Below are positions 38,477 to 47,209 of a stretch of DNA of 64,000 nucleotides, in pieces (positions within the stretch are counted from its first letter, which is position 1; each line of letters starts with the position of its first letter). Made by a program: the position numbers and the translations under genes. Origin of the DNA: a virus. The notes beneath the pieces are model-generated. The model searched no databases. It was not told where the DNA came from and was given only the letters and a program-made list of their open reading frames with translations. The stretch spans positions 13,848 through 77,847 of the IMG/VR virus record IMGVR_UViG_3300045999_006495; one strand, written 5' to 3'.

Positions 38477-38908
38477 CTAATAGTCATTTGGAAATATATA
38501 AGCTTCCATTGTAACAGCGGCTGTATAAATGTAACCATCTGTTAACCGCTCTACAGGAAAACTTGGAACTTCGTAAACACAGTAGCGTACACTGTGGGGT
38601 ACTGCAACTCCGCTAACTGTTATTGTTTTTGTGGTAGATATTTCAGAAATTAACTCCGAAAGTTTATCCTGCGCCTCTGTAAATGTAGGTGCTAAAGAAC
38701 GAAATGTGATTAGGCCCTCCCAGTAGCTGTCATTTAACATCAGTGTTGCATACGATTGGTTGACTACTGGTTGATAAACTAATAGAGGAAATGTAGAATT
38801 AGCAGGTGCGACCTGATAGTAAACACGCCCACTATACACAGGCATAACACCGCTCAAAGAGCGAGAAATAAACTTCCAAATGTTTGCATAGAGCAGTGGG
38901 TCATACAT
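38477..38908 (-). CDS. Tail terminator/completion protein
   Basis: RVYYQVAP....PLLVY pattern; position. Confidence 0.65.
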   Translation of the reverse strand: MYDPLLYANIWKFISRSLSGVMPVYSGRVYYQVAPANSTFPLLVYQPVVNQSYATLMLNDSYWEGLITFRSLAPTFTEAQDKLSELISEISTTKTITVSGVAVPHSVRYCVYEVPSFPVERLTDGYIYTAAVTMEAYIFPNDY

Positions 38909-38911
38909 TAA

Positions 38912-39754
38912 CTAGGTGTCTCTCCTGTTTCTATTTTTATTTTTAATGGTATTTAATCTTTTTTCAGAACCTCTTAATACAGCAGACCTATCAAACCTTA
39001 CATTTTTGTCAAACCTGCTTTCAGATATAATAAGATTTAAAGGTACTTTAGTCACATTTGAGTTTAAGTTAGATGTATATTTGCTGACAAAGCCCTGCTC
39101 GGGTAATTTAACTCTGTTAAATACATAGTTGGGAACTCTCCCCCTATTGCCTTTGGCAAAAGCTAATGTAAACATTCTAACCATTTGATTAAATCTGGTT
39201 TGGATATTTTTTCTATAATCTTTAACATCTTGTGGTGAGGGTTTCTTTCCCATTGTTGGTTTATCAGTCAACAAAGACTCACCTGCCATAAAAGCACCAA
39301 CTCTTAAATAACCTAAGCCTTTAATTCTGCCAGCTGGATGCCCAGCATACTGACTTTTTCTTTTAGGGTTTGGTTTGTAAGGGACTCTCCACCTAGATAC
39401 TGTATCGTCCCATTTGAGTATACTTGCCCCCTTTTTCATATCTTTAGGATAACCAAACTCCTGAACAATAGCCTTAACGGGTAGTTCAGAATTTACGCGT
39501 GTATCAATACTTACTTCACCCAGATTCTCACTTACATCTGTCTCAATATCATTTTTAAGTCTACCGTGCTCACCACCTAAATCACCGTAGTTATAAGGGG
39601 CTATGCTTTGTACATAGCCTTGTGTTCTTTTTCCGAGCATTTTAGCTATGTTGTTAATACCTTTTTGATACTCATCGAAAAATTTAAGTGAGTTAGTAGG
39701 GTCAGCTTTTCTGATAGCTATTCTAACTACATCTGGTAGCCTAACTCTAGCCAT
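38912..39754 (-). CDS. HK97 gp10-like tail completion protein
   Basis: AP...GRLKNDI and VQEFG patterns; basic; position. Confidence 0.55.
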   Translation of the reverse strand: MARVRLPDVVRIAIRKADPTNSLKFFDEYQKGINNIAKMLGKRTQGYVQSIAPYNYGDLGGEHGRLKNDIETDVSENLGEVSIDTRVNSELPVKAIVQEFGYPKDMKKGASILKWDDTVSRWRVPYKPNPKRKSQYAGHPAGRIKGLGYLRVGAFMAGESLLTDKPTMGKKPSPQDVKDYRKNIQTRFNQMVRMFTLAFAKGNRGRVPNYVFNRVKLPEQGFVSKYTSNLNSNVTKVPLNLIISESRFDKNVRFDRSAVLRGSEKRLNTIKNKNRNRRDT

Positions 39755-40134
39755 TAGTCTAACTCCTCTACAAAGATAATTTGAGCACCCATCAACTCAT
39801 GCCTGACTGGTACATATTTAATATCAAATGCTTTACCATTGTAGATAATCCTATCTCTAAGAGAGACTTGTAAATCATAAGGTATTTGAATTCTGTAAAG
39901 TTGTCTTGTACTAGATTGCTGTAGTGCGCGAAATTGAGCAGCGGCTGAGCTTGTTACATCACCAGACCTATTAATTATTCTACAGATAATATTCTCTGGG
40001 GGTGCGTATTGTTGGATAATACCGCCATCTTCTGTAGTAGTTCCTAAAAATCTAAGTAGTTGTGCTTGGCTTTTTAAAAACTCCTCTGCTTTTTGTCTAA
40101 TAAGTAAAACATCATCAAGATTAACTATTGTCAT
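39754..40134 (-). CDS. Head-closure/stopper protein
   Basis: DRIIYNGKAFDIKYV pattern; position. Confidence 0.65.
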   Translation of the reverse strand: MTIVNLDDVLLIRQKAEEFLKSQAQLLRFLGTTTEDGGIIQQYAPPENIICRIINRSGDVTSSAAAQFRALQQSSTRQLYRIQIPYDLQVSLRDRIIYNGKAFDIKYVPVRHELMGAQIIFVEELD

Positions 40135-40627
40135 TTAGTTCTTTAATGCGGGCTTCGAGTACATGAACTCGCTTTACTGACTTACCCATATCAATCGCAA
40201 ATTGCTTAAGTCGGGTCAGTGTAAGTGAACTTGATAGTTTATTAATTTCAGAAGCGAAGTCCTCATTACTCCTAATAGAGAGAATTTTAGAAAGTTCATC
40301 GTCACTCATTGTGTTAGTTTCATCAACAGTGCTACCTGAACCTGTGTATACTTTAAGGAGTCCACGCTCAATAAGTTTCTTGTTAAGTCTTACAAAGGCA
40401 TCAGCTTCATACTGAGAATACAGCTCAATTACTTCATCTTCGTAAACAAAGGTTTTTTGCTTAGTTTTCTCATCGTAGTTGGAAGCATCAGTCATCAGCA
40501 ACCAACTGATAGTATTCTTCTGGTCATAAGGATCAATGCGAACACCAGCTACTAAGTGAACTGGTACTTTAGCATATCTCTTAACAACCTTATCTGACAG
40601 CTCGTAGTAAATATTTTGTTTTGACAT
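40121..40627 (-). CDS. Hypothetical protein after the capsid gene
   Basis: 168-aa ORF, SD GAGG. Confidence 0.7.
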   Translation of the reverse strand: MSKQNIYYELSDKVVKRYAKVPVHLVAGVRIDPYDQKNTISWLLMTDASNYDEKTKQKTFVYEDEVIELYSQYEADAFVRLNKKLIERGLLKVYTGSGSTVDETNTMSDDELSKILSIRSNEDFASEINKLSSSLTLTRLKQFAIDMGKSVKRVHVLEARIKELNDNS

Positions 40628-40637
40628 AAACCTCTAA

Positions 40638-40655
40638 GGGGGAATTTCTTCCCCC
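40638..40655 (-). terminator. Hairpin after the major capsid gene
   Basis: gggggaa/ttccccc stem; U-tract weak. Confidence 0.45.
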
Positions 40656-40674
40656 GTCCTTTCTATATAGAAAA

Positions 40675-41646
40675 TTAAATAAGTTTGATAACACCCAAAT
40701 TCTCAGCGGCATCAACAACCATACCATACTGCATCCAAGCATTGAGAACATAGTCAGCAGGTTGAATGGTCATGTCAGTGTAGTCCTGATACTCAACACC
40801 ACCGTACATCATAATCTCACCGGCATTGGCACCAACAACAAGAATCTTGTCATCAGGAATCAATCTCTGGCGCATGTTTGGAAGTTGGTTGTTGAATACC
40901 TGAGGTAACTCAACCAAAGTGATACCCTTGTAGGCTGACACTCTGTTGGTGTTGAGGTACTCAAGCAACTTAGGAGTAATTGGATAGGCGATGTTGTTAA
41001 TCGTGTTATCCATATAGGCATACTCACGCCAACCAGCAAACTGGTAGATAGGCATAAGGGCTCTACGGGTACCAATAATTGCTCTGACCTGACCAGCATA
41101 ATCAAGAACATTCTCAATCATGGTGTCCAAAGTCGTGTAAGTAAGTGACGAGGTCTCAACATAGTTGAGAGGGGTGTCAGTCGTATTCCAGACTGACGAA
41201 AGCAAGTTGAACACCTTGGTAACCAAGTTGTCAGTGAGATCCCACTGCATCTGCTGGCGCATACGCTCAACACTAGTAAGGTCACCATTTCTAAGATTCC
41301 AAGTTGACTCACGAGCACCCGCAATCAGCCTATCGAACATGTAGGTGTGAAAATCCTGCACGTCCGTGGGCTGCGAAACCAAATGGTTGGTACCGGGCAC
41401 CATTGACTGTACACCATATCGACCACGTCTTACTCTCTTGATAATAGTATCGCCAAGCGTAGCCTGTCTTACTGGCATGAAAGTGCTGAAGAGGTCAAGT
41501 GACAAGTGATTTGGCTCAACCATCTGAATGATAATCTCAGCAAAAGCTGACTTACCATTTGGGCCTTGGCCCGCAGTCTTTGCGGCCTCAGCTACAGCAC
41601 GCATTAATTCTTGATTTTGTTCCATTACTTTTAAATATTTCTCCAA
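40675..41646 (-). CDS. Major capsid protein (start may be ATG at 41625)
   Basis: ~320 aa after scaffold and decoration genes; YKGITLVELP..IPDDKILV..G HK97-type C-terminal pattern. Confidence 0.8.
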   Translation of the reverse strand: MEKYLKVMEQNQELMRAVAEAAKTAGQGPNGKSAFAEIIIQMVEPNHLSLDLFSTFMPVRQATLGDTIIKRVRRGRYGVQSMVPGTNHLVSQPTDVQDFHTYMFDRLIAGARESTWNLRNGDLTSVERMRQQMQWDLTDNLVTKVFNLLSSVWNTTDTPLNYVETSSLTYTTLDTMIENVLDYAGQVRAIIGTRRALMPIYQFAGWREYAYMDNTINNIAYPITPKLLEYLNTNRVSAYKGITLVELPQVFNNQLPNMRQRLIPDDKILVVGANAGEIMMYGGVEYQDYTDMTIQPADYVLNAWMQYGMVVDAAENLGVIKLI

Positions 41647-42174
41647 TTAGTAAAGAATGATATAGAGGGTCTCGGTCATGGCATCGTATCTGTCAATCTC
41701 ACCAACAGCATTAGCTGAGGCAGTATACTCAAACAAGCCACTTGCGGCAACCTTAATCTTGTTTCCGGGAATCTTAATGTTTGCACTGTCAACAAAACAG
41801 CCGGTTGTAATACCAATCTTGCCCCAGTGAAGAGCAATCAACTCACCGCTGTAGGCTGATGGCTCTTTCCACTGTGAGCGTGGAACAAGGTACTGAGTTT
41901 GTGTGAGAGTTGGGTCACCGTAGATATTGGCATTGTTGATGTTGTAGGTCTGCAAGAAAGGAGCAGTGTACATATCAGCAATAGTCGGACGTGGGAAGTT
42001 ATCCGGGGGAAAAAACGCAACATAAACACCTTGGGTGGTGTTGGCCGAGGCGTAGGTAACATTTGGGAGGTCATATCGAACACCCGAGGCACCTACAACC
42101 ACAGCACGGCCCTCTACAATAGTAGCAGCCGCTACGCCCTGTCTTGAGCGCATTGAAGTAACAAGTACAGCCAT
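41647..42174 (-). CDS. Putative head decoration/cement protein A
   Basis: Directly upstream of the capsid gene; paralog of 42196..42732. Confidence 0.6.
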   Translation of the reverse strand: MAVLVTSMRSRQGVAAATIVEGRAVVVGASGVRYDLPNVTYASANTTQGVYVAFFPPDNFPRPTIADMYTAPFLQTYNINNANIYGDPTLTQTQYLVPRSQWKEPSAYSGELIALHWGKIGITTGCFVDSANIKIPGNKIKVAASGLFEYTASANAVGEIDRYDAMTETLYIILY

Positions 42175-42195
42175 TTTTTATTTTTACCTCTGTTA

Positions 42196-42732
42196 TTAAA
42201 ATACATTTATGTAGAGAAGTCCTGCTTGAGCACTATACCTAACAGTTTCTCCTACAATTATTGGGTGATTTTTATCTACTTTTCTAAAAAGACCGTTGGG
42301 GTCTATAGCTAGACTAGCACCGGGGACTTTAATTTGGTCATTTCCCTGATGGCACTCTTCAGTTATACCAACAATACCCCTAAATAAGGCTAGTCTTTCG
42401 TACCTATGCACTACTGGTGCTTTCATTATGGAGTGTTTCTCTAACCAGAACTCTTCTGTAAAAATAGGGTTTGAGTAGATATTTGAATCTTCTAGATTGT
42501 AAATTGCTTTATATGTAGCCGTGTACAATTCATGTGAAATTGGCTTTATAAAGTTTTCAGGTGGGCATAAAGCAACCCACACTTTAGTAGGATTTATGTG
42601 GTCTGGATATTCTACACTGGGTAAGTCATCCACACCGGCATCAGAAGAGATAATTACAGCTCTTCCCTCAATCACTGCGTGTTTACCAGCAACCGCCTGA
42701 ATACTGTAGCGAGGGTTTACAACTACAGCCAC
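42196..42732 (-). CDS. Putative head decoration/cement protein B
   Basis: Shares EGRAV, DLP.V.Y, PP.NF, YTA, GIT..C, IK.PG and LYI with its neighbour. Confidence 0.6.
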   Translation of the reverse strand: MAVVVNPRYSIQAVAGKHAVIEGRAVIISSDAGVDDLPSVEYPDHINPTKVWVALCPPENFIKPISHELYTATYKAIYNLEDSNIYSNPIFTEEFWLEKHSIMKAPVVHRYERLALFRGIVGITEECHQGNDQIKVPGASLAIDPNGLFRKVDKNHPIIVGETVRYSAQAGLLYINVF

Positions 42733-42950
42733 TTAGAGCGTTTATCCTTAAAGTATTGTTTTACTTTTTGGGCTAGCTCTTTATCTTCAGCGGTTGCTTG
42801 GCTTGGTAATTGTTCTCCGATTGTCAGTGCCATCCAATAGGCTTGAGCTTCCTCAGCTGTCTCGAAGCACTGCATTGGTTTATCGTCACCAACCCGATAA
42901 ACACAGTAGTCATAAACCCTGCCTTGGTTATCACGGTATTCAAACGGCAT
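42723..42950 (-). CDS. Hypothetical protein
   Basis: 75-aa ORF coupled to its neighbours. Confidence 0.6.
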   Translation of the reverse strand: MPFEYRDNQGRVYDYCVYRVGDDKPMQCFETAEEAQAYWMALTIGEQLPSQATAEDKELAQKVKQYFKDKRSKWL

Positions 42951-42953
42951 TAA

Positions 42954-44171
42954 CTACCCCTTTTTAAGGTTCTTAAGAGCCTTAACGATACTATTGACAT
43001 CATAACCGTTTTGACCCAATCTTGGCTCTGGAATAACATCAATGTCCTGATTTTTGTTTGAGGCCTGAGTTCTCTTTGAGGCAAAATCTTTGATAACAAA
43101 CTCCAGTGCCTCATCATCCATTTTCACATAAAACTCAACTTTCTCTTCAGCCTCTGATTGGGTAAAACCTGCTTGAATCAAGCGGTTAATTACATTCTGC
43201 CGCCTTTCGGCTTCTGCCCGCCTTTCATCGGCTTCTTTGTAGGCTTCATTTTGTTGTTGTAGGACACTGATTTCATTCTCCTTTTCTGCGAGTGATGCCT
43301 TAAGCAACTCAATTTCTTTTTGTAATTCTTCCATTTTTTGTTTTTCTGCAACCTTTAAAAGTTTAGTTCGATTTCCATATGCAGGTGTATCGACAATACA
43401 TGTTCCTGCAAAAGTAACATTTCTTAGCCAGTTTACACCGTCTTTTTCGTCAGAAGCAGAGTAGTAAACCTCCCAAGAAGTACCTATGTATTCACGTTCC
43501 TCAGCCACAGACTTTAGAAGTGTGTATACATCTGAAAACTCATCTCCCCAAATCATGGCCTCTGCTTTAATTACTTCTCTACCCTCGTGTGTATCTTCAT
43601 ACACCTTAGTGATAGGTCCGATTGGTACTGCATTAGCATGACCTCCATAAGATGACTCTGACATAGCAATCTTAATTGGCATGTTCAGGGCGGTCTTAAT
43701 AATATTATTTTTCTCTTCGACCGGTATTCCCTCATTATTTGCATTTGGTTCAAAGTCTGTTAAAATTAGTTCTATCTTACGAAGAAGTGGGTTGTTTACA
43801 TCAGCCTCAGCTAACTTCAACTTACCGGGGAGTGCTGTTGATGTTGATTTCTTATCAGCGTTATCCATTTGCCTCACTAGACTGGCGAACCATGCTTTAC
43901 CAGCACCACCACCCCAGAGTAACCAACTCACCCAAGCAGGTGAATCTTTGGGGGCATTAGCAAATCTTGCGTTTCTCCCAAAAAATCTGTTACCCATGCG
44001 AGCACGTTCAGGTGAGACATTGTCGCCACTAACATATTTTCTAGCCCAAGCTACAGTAGCGGCCTCAAGACCACTACCACTTAAGCCTTTCTCGTGTAAC
44101 TCTAGACCTCTTCTAGCTGCGCTTTTCACGCCGTCTGGAGGGCTAAAGTTGATATTACTATACTTGCTCAC
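42954..44171 (-). CDS. Prohead protease/scaffold fusion with extra N-terminal domain (start re-called at GTG 44171)
   Basis: H..AVPIG, TSWE and V..PAY protease-like residues, C-terminal coiled coil; SD GGAGG. Confidence 0.7.
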   Translation of the reverse strand: MSKYSNINFSPPDGVKSAARRGLELHEKGLSGSGLEAATVAWARKYVSGDNVSPERARMGNRFFGRNARFANAPKDSPAWVSWLLWGGGAGKAWFASLVRQMDNADKKSTSTALPGKLKLAEADVNNPLLRKIELILTDFEPNANNEGIPVEEKNNIIKTALNMPIKIAMSESSYGGHANAVPIGPITKVYEDTHEGREVIKAEAMIWGDEFSDVYTLLKSVAEEREYIGTSWEVYYSASDEKDGVNWLRNVTFAGTCIVDTPAYGNRTKLLKVAEKQKMEELQKEIELLKASLAEKENEISVLQQQNEAYKEADERRAEAERRQNVINRLIQAGFTQSEAEEKVEFYVKMDDEALEFVIKDFASKRTQASNKNQDIDVIPEPRLGQNGYDVNSIVKALKNLKKG

Positions 44172-44724
44172 TGCTGTCCTCCATTGTTTCTTCTGTATCT
44201 GTGTCATCGGATGGGGCTAGGCCCAAATATTCCTCTTCAATGATCCAGAACTTACACGCAGCATTCTCTTCTATCTCGCCCCTAACTATTGAACAAGACA
44301 TAGAGTCCTCTGCATAGAACACACAGTTTTTACATGCTATACCCTCACTGGCAAAAACATTTTTCTCAGCAGGGATGTAATGAGCACCCTGACCACCAAT
44401 GCCTTTATCAAACATACCAACATACTCAACACCTGTAATTAAAGTGTCTATAAGGTAACGTTGCATAAGGGTCAGCTCTTCTACTTCAGCAAGTGATTTG
44501 ATTGAGCGTAGTTCAGTTAATTTATGACCTACAAAAGTGTCTGTAGGTTCATAGTTACCATCTGAATCTTTTCTATAAATTTGAATACGGGCCGCTGGTT
44601 CTTCGGGTGTTCCTGTGACCTTTGCATCAATATTAGGAACATCCCCGTTACGGACAATCCTAACTATCTTCCCTCTAGCAGTTCCACCAGAAGAGTCCCA
44701 TTCAACGAACTGTCCTGACTTCAT
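44158..44724 (-). CDS. Tudor-like (DUF2945-like) domain plus HiPIP-like 4-Cys domain
   Basis: GQFVEWDSSGG..RGKI..I N-terminus; CxxCxFY-x6-CxxVxGxI-x5-CxxW C-terminus. Confidence 0.55.
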   Translation of the reverse strand: MKSGQFVEWDSSGGTARGKIVRIVRNGDVPNIDAKVTGTPEEPAARIQIYRKDSDGNYEPTDTFVGHKLTELRSIKSLAEVEELTLMQRYLIDTLITGVEYVGMFDKGIGGQGAHYIPAEKNVFASEGIACKNCVFYAEDSMSCSIVRGEIEENAACKFWIIEEEYLGLAPSDDTDTEETMEDSSEQV

Positions 44725-45510
44725 CTATGCTCCTTTACTTGCGTAAATTTCAAAATCACCACTAACCACTTGAGACGGGCTAATTGTGATAAAAACACCT
44801 GCCAGAGGGGAATCAAGGGCAGGGATGTACTCATAACCACTTCCAGAAATTGTTGTGTTGTAGCACGTAAATGCTTTACCAACTGACTGACCTATCAAGC
44901 CACTTATAGTGCCTAGGTAAATTTGAAAGTCTGTTTCAAACTGACCAAAGTCTGCATACATAGTAACGGGTACTGAAGCCGCTGTAGCATCTGAATCATT
45001 TACCAGAGAGTGTTTAACATAAATAGTAGCTCTTCTAAAACCAGAGCGTGACATAGGAATGTAAACATGTCTTTGTTGTGTATCTGATGTGTATGTAAAG
45101 AATGAAGAATAAGCAGGGACTACAGTACCGGTAAAGGTACCGCTAGCCACAACTACATCGTGGTAATTATTTGAAAGTGCTGATGTAAGTATTGTAACTT
45201 GACCGTCAGAAGCGGCCATCAAGGCTCTTCTGTTGTTTACTCTTACAGTACCCATCTCACCGTCAACCATTTCGGTAAAATCGCCACCTGTTAAGTCATT
45301 GATGTAGACACCACCAATAGGAACTACTGTTCCCTGATAGGTTGATGAAATACTAGCATAACCAGAAATTGCTACATCAGTAGGAAGTGGGTTTGTATAC
45401 TGGATTAGCTGACCCGTATTGTCAGCTATTGTAAATGTTTGATAAAACTCTTCGTTTATCTCTTCAGCCGCTATTGTAATCGGCGTTGAACTAGGAACTG
45501 GTATTCCCAT
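44725..45510 (-). CDS. Putative virion protein, first gene of the structural operon
   Basis: 261 aa, S/T/G-rich, SD AGGAGG. Confidence 0.6.
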   Translation of the reverse strand: MGIPVPSSTPITIAAEEINEEFYQTFTIADNTGQLIQYTNPLPTDVAISGYASISSTYQGTVVPIGGVYINDLTGGDFTEMVDGEMGTVRVNNRRALMAASDGQVTILTSALSNNYHDVVVASGTFTGTVVPAYSSFFTYTSDTQQRHVYIPMSRSGFRRATIYVKHSLVNDSDATAASVPVTMYADFGQFETDFQIYLGTISGLIGQSVGKAFTCYNTTISGSGYEYIPALDSPLAGVFITISPSQVVSGDFEIYASKGA

Positions 45511-45532
45511 GAGGCCTCCTTAACATAAAAAA

Positions 45533-45566
45533 TACCTCTCTACTATTATATACTATTTTTGTGTCA
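45533..45566 (-). promoter_or_regulatory. Putative phage late promoter/operator, copy A
   Basis: TGACACAAAAATAGTATATAATAGTAGAGAGGTA; 31/34 identical to 49350-49383. Confidence 0.7.
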
Positions 45567-45921
45567 AAATTCTGCGGATAGTTTCTCTTGATACAAAAAT
45601 GTCACTTTTCTTACACATCTCTTCAATTTCTCTTACGGATATTTCTGGAAAGTCTTTTTTGATATTCCTGATTAATTCCATGATGACTAAAGACACTTTA
45701 GGTCTACCCTTACGCCTGTTAGCTCTGTAGCTTGGGGTACTAGGTTGGTCATAGATTGAAAATCTTTCTTTGTAATCAATCTGACGTTGTTTTCTCATAA
45801 GCGCAGTAAGTTCAATAAACCAAGGTTCTTTTTCCACCCCCTTATAAATTATTTCACAATCTTTACAGAATATTGAATTACTGGTAGAATAACTATCACA
45901 GACAGCGCACAGTTTATTCAT
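45553..45921 (-). CDS. Zn-finger + AT-hook-like + HTH transcription regulator
   Basis: CxxC..CxxC, RKGRPK, SVREIEE...VSRETIRRIL; SD AGGAGG. Confidence 0.7.
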   Translation of the reverse strand: MNKLCAVCDSYSTSNSIFCKDCEIIYKGVEKEPWFIELTALMRKQRQIDYKERFSIYDQPSTPSYRANRRKGRPKVSLVIMELIRNIKKDFPEISVREIEEMCKKSDIFVSRETIRRILTQK

Positions 45922-45998
45922 ATTTTTCCTCCTGACAATTTAATAGGGTATATTAATACCCAGCATTATTTTAGCAGTTATCGCTAAAAATAGCAAAT

Positions 45999-46027
45999 TT
46001 GACAAGCTTGAAAATATATGTTATATT
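45999..46027 (+). promoter_or_regulatory. Sigma70-type promoter for the plus arm
   Basis: TTGACA-17 bp-TATATT, TG-extended. Confidence 0.7.
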
Positions 46028-46204
46028 AGGGGGGTAGGGGGGTTAGGGACCCAAGTACCCTATAATTAATATACTAGAAAGGATATAATAATTATTAATA
46101 TAGATATTAATACAAACTCTAATAAAGAATTTGATAAACAAGTTAGAGATTCTTTTAGAGAAGTAATTGGGATGCTAGTTAAGGAGGAAATTAAGGAGAA
46201 AGGT

Positions 46205-46531
46205 ATGGAAAACAAAGCTACTGGATATGTAAAGTACCCAGAACAAACCAAGGAACTTGAGGAGATTATGGAGACTCTGCGCCATATTCTTATTGTTAAA
46301 AATCAAGATTATTCCCCTTGGAATATGTTAGGGACTGGTGAGGTTGGATCTGTTGTAAGAATTTGGGACAAGACCGCTAGATTGATGAATCTTTATGGTT
46401 TTGATATTGCCACTGGTACTTTTACTGGACAGAAGAGTCCCAAGAACGAGAGTATTGAGGATAATTTGCTAGATTTAGCGAACTATGCTATAATTTCATT
46501 ATTACTTTTAAGGGGGAAGTGGGGTAAATGA
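46205..46531 (+). CDS. DUF1599/nucleotide-modification-associated domain protein
   Basis: KNQDY, RIWDKTARL, ESIEDNLLDLANYAII; SD AGGAG. Confidence 0.75.
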   Translation: MENKATGYVKYPEQTKELEEIMETLRHILIVKNQDYSPWNMLGTGEVGSVVRIWDKTARLMNLYGFDIATGTFTGQKSPKNESIEDNLLDLANYAIISLLLLRGKWGK

Positions 46532-46923
46532 CACAAGATTACAATACACCAGTTAATGATGAGGGTGAGGATTATGTACCAGCAAATATTGATATGGACA
46601 GTTTACAAGCCTATCAAGACTTTGTTAAGTCCACAAAAGCTTATGACAAAGAGTATACTCTTGTCTATCCAATTCTAGGTCTAGCTAATGAGGCTGGTGA
46701 AGTTGCTGGAAAGTTGAAGAAAATCATGAGAGATGAAGATGGTCAACTTTCCCAAGAATCATTTCATGCGCTTGTAGCAGAGCTTGGTGATGTGGTTTGG
46801 TATGTAACAGCTGTAGCTGATGACCTAGGAATTACTATTTCTGACATCTTCTATGAGAACTACAAAAAGCTCTCAAGTCGTAAGGCCCGAGGAGTTATCA
46901 AAGGCAGTGGTGATAACCGATGA
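46528..46923 (+). CDS. MazG-like NTP pyrophosphohydrolase
   Basis: LGLANEAGEVAGKLKK, ELGDVVWY, GSGDNR. Confidence 0.9.
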   Translation: MTQDYNTPVNDEGEDYVPANIDMDSLQAYQDFVKSTKAYDKEYTLVYPILGLANEAGEVAGKLKKIMRDEDGQLSQESFHALVAELGDVVWYVTAVADDLGITISDIFYENYKKLSSRKARGVIKGSGDNR

Positions 46924-47189
46924 AGATGTATAAGTTTAGTGTGGTTGAGTGGGTTTATAACGAGGACACAAAGGTCTTTACAGTTAAACTATCTGTCGCT
47001 AGTCAAGGAGACGATAATTGCGACTTCATTACTGTTGATGTAGGAGCTGATGTGGATACTCTCAGGGACTTTAACTTCTTGTTGCGTGTACGAGCTCTCA
47101 ATGCTTATGAAGATGCTCTGAAGTTACAAGCATTTAAGGATTCTCTATCACATTTAACTTTTATGTCCAGTGTTGCGTTGCCTGAATAA
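46920..47189 (+). CDS. Hypothetical protein
   Basis: 89-aa ORF coupled by ATGA. Confidence 0.6.
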   Translation: MKMYKFSVVEWVYNEDTKVFTVKLSVASQGDDNCDFITVDVGADVDTLRDFNFLLRVRALNAYEDALKLQAFKDSLSHLTFMSSVALPE

Positions 47190-47209
47190 ATTTATAATAA
47201 GAGGAACAC

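Noticed and set aside
43681-44220. 179-aa plus-strand ORF and the many other antisense ORFs (e.g. 2204, 13849, 19897, 20335, 53432, 54716)
   Set aside because: They are shadows of well-supported genes on the opposite strand, with no SD or recognisable motifs.
46066-46251. 61-aa minus-strand ORF in the divergence region
   Set aside because: Low-complexity AT-rich sequence, antisense to the plus-arm leader and first gene.
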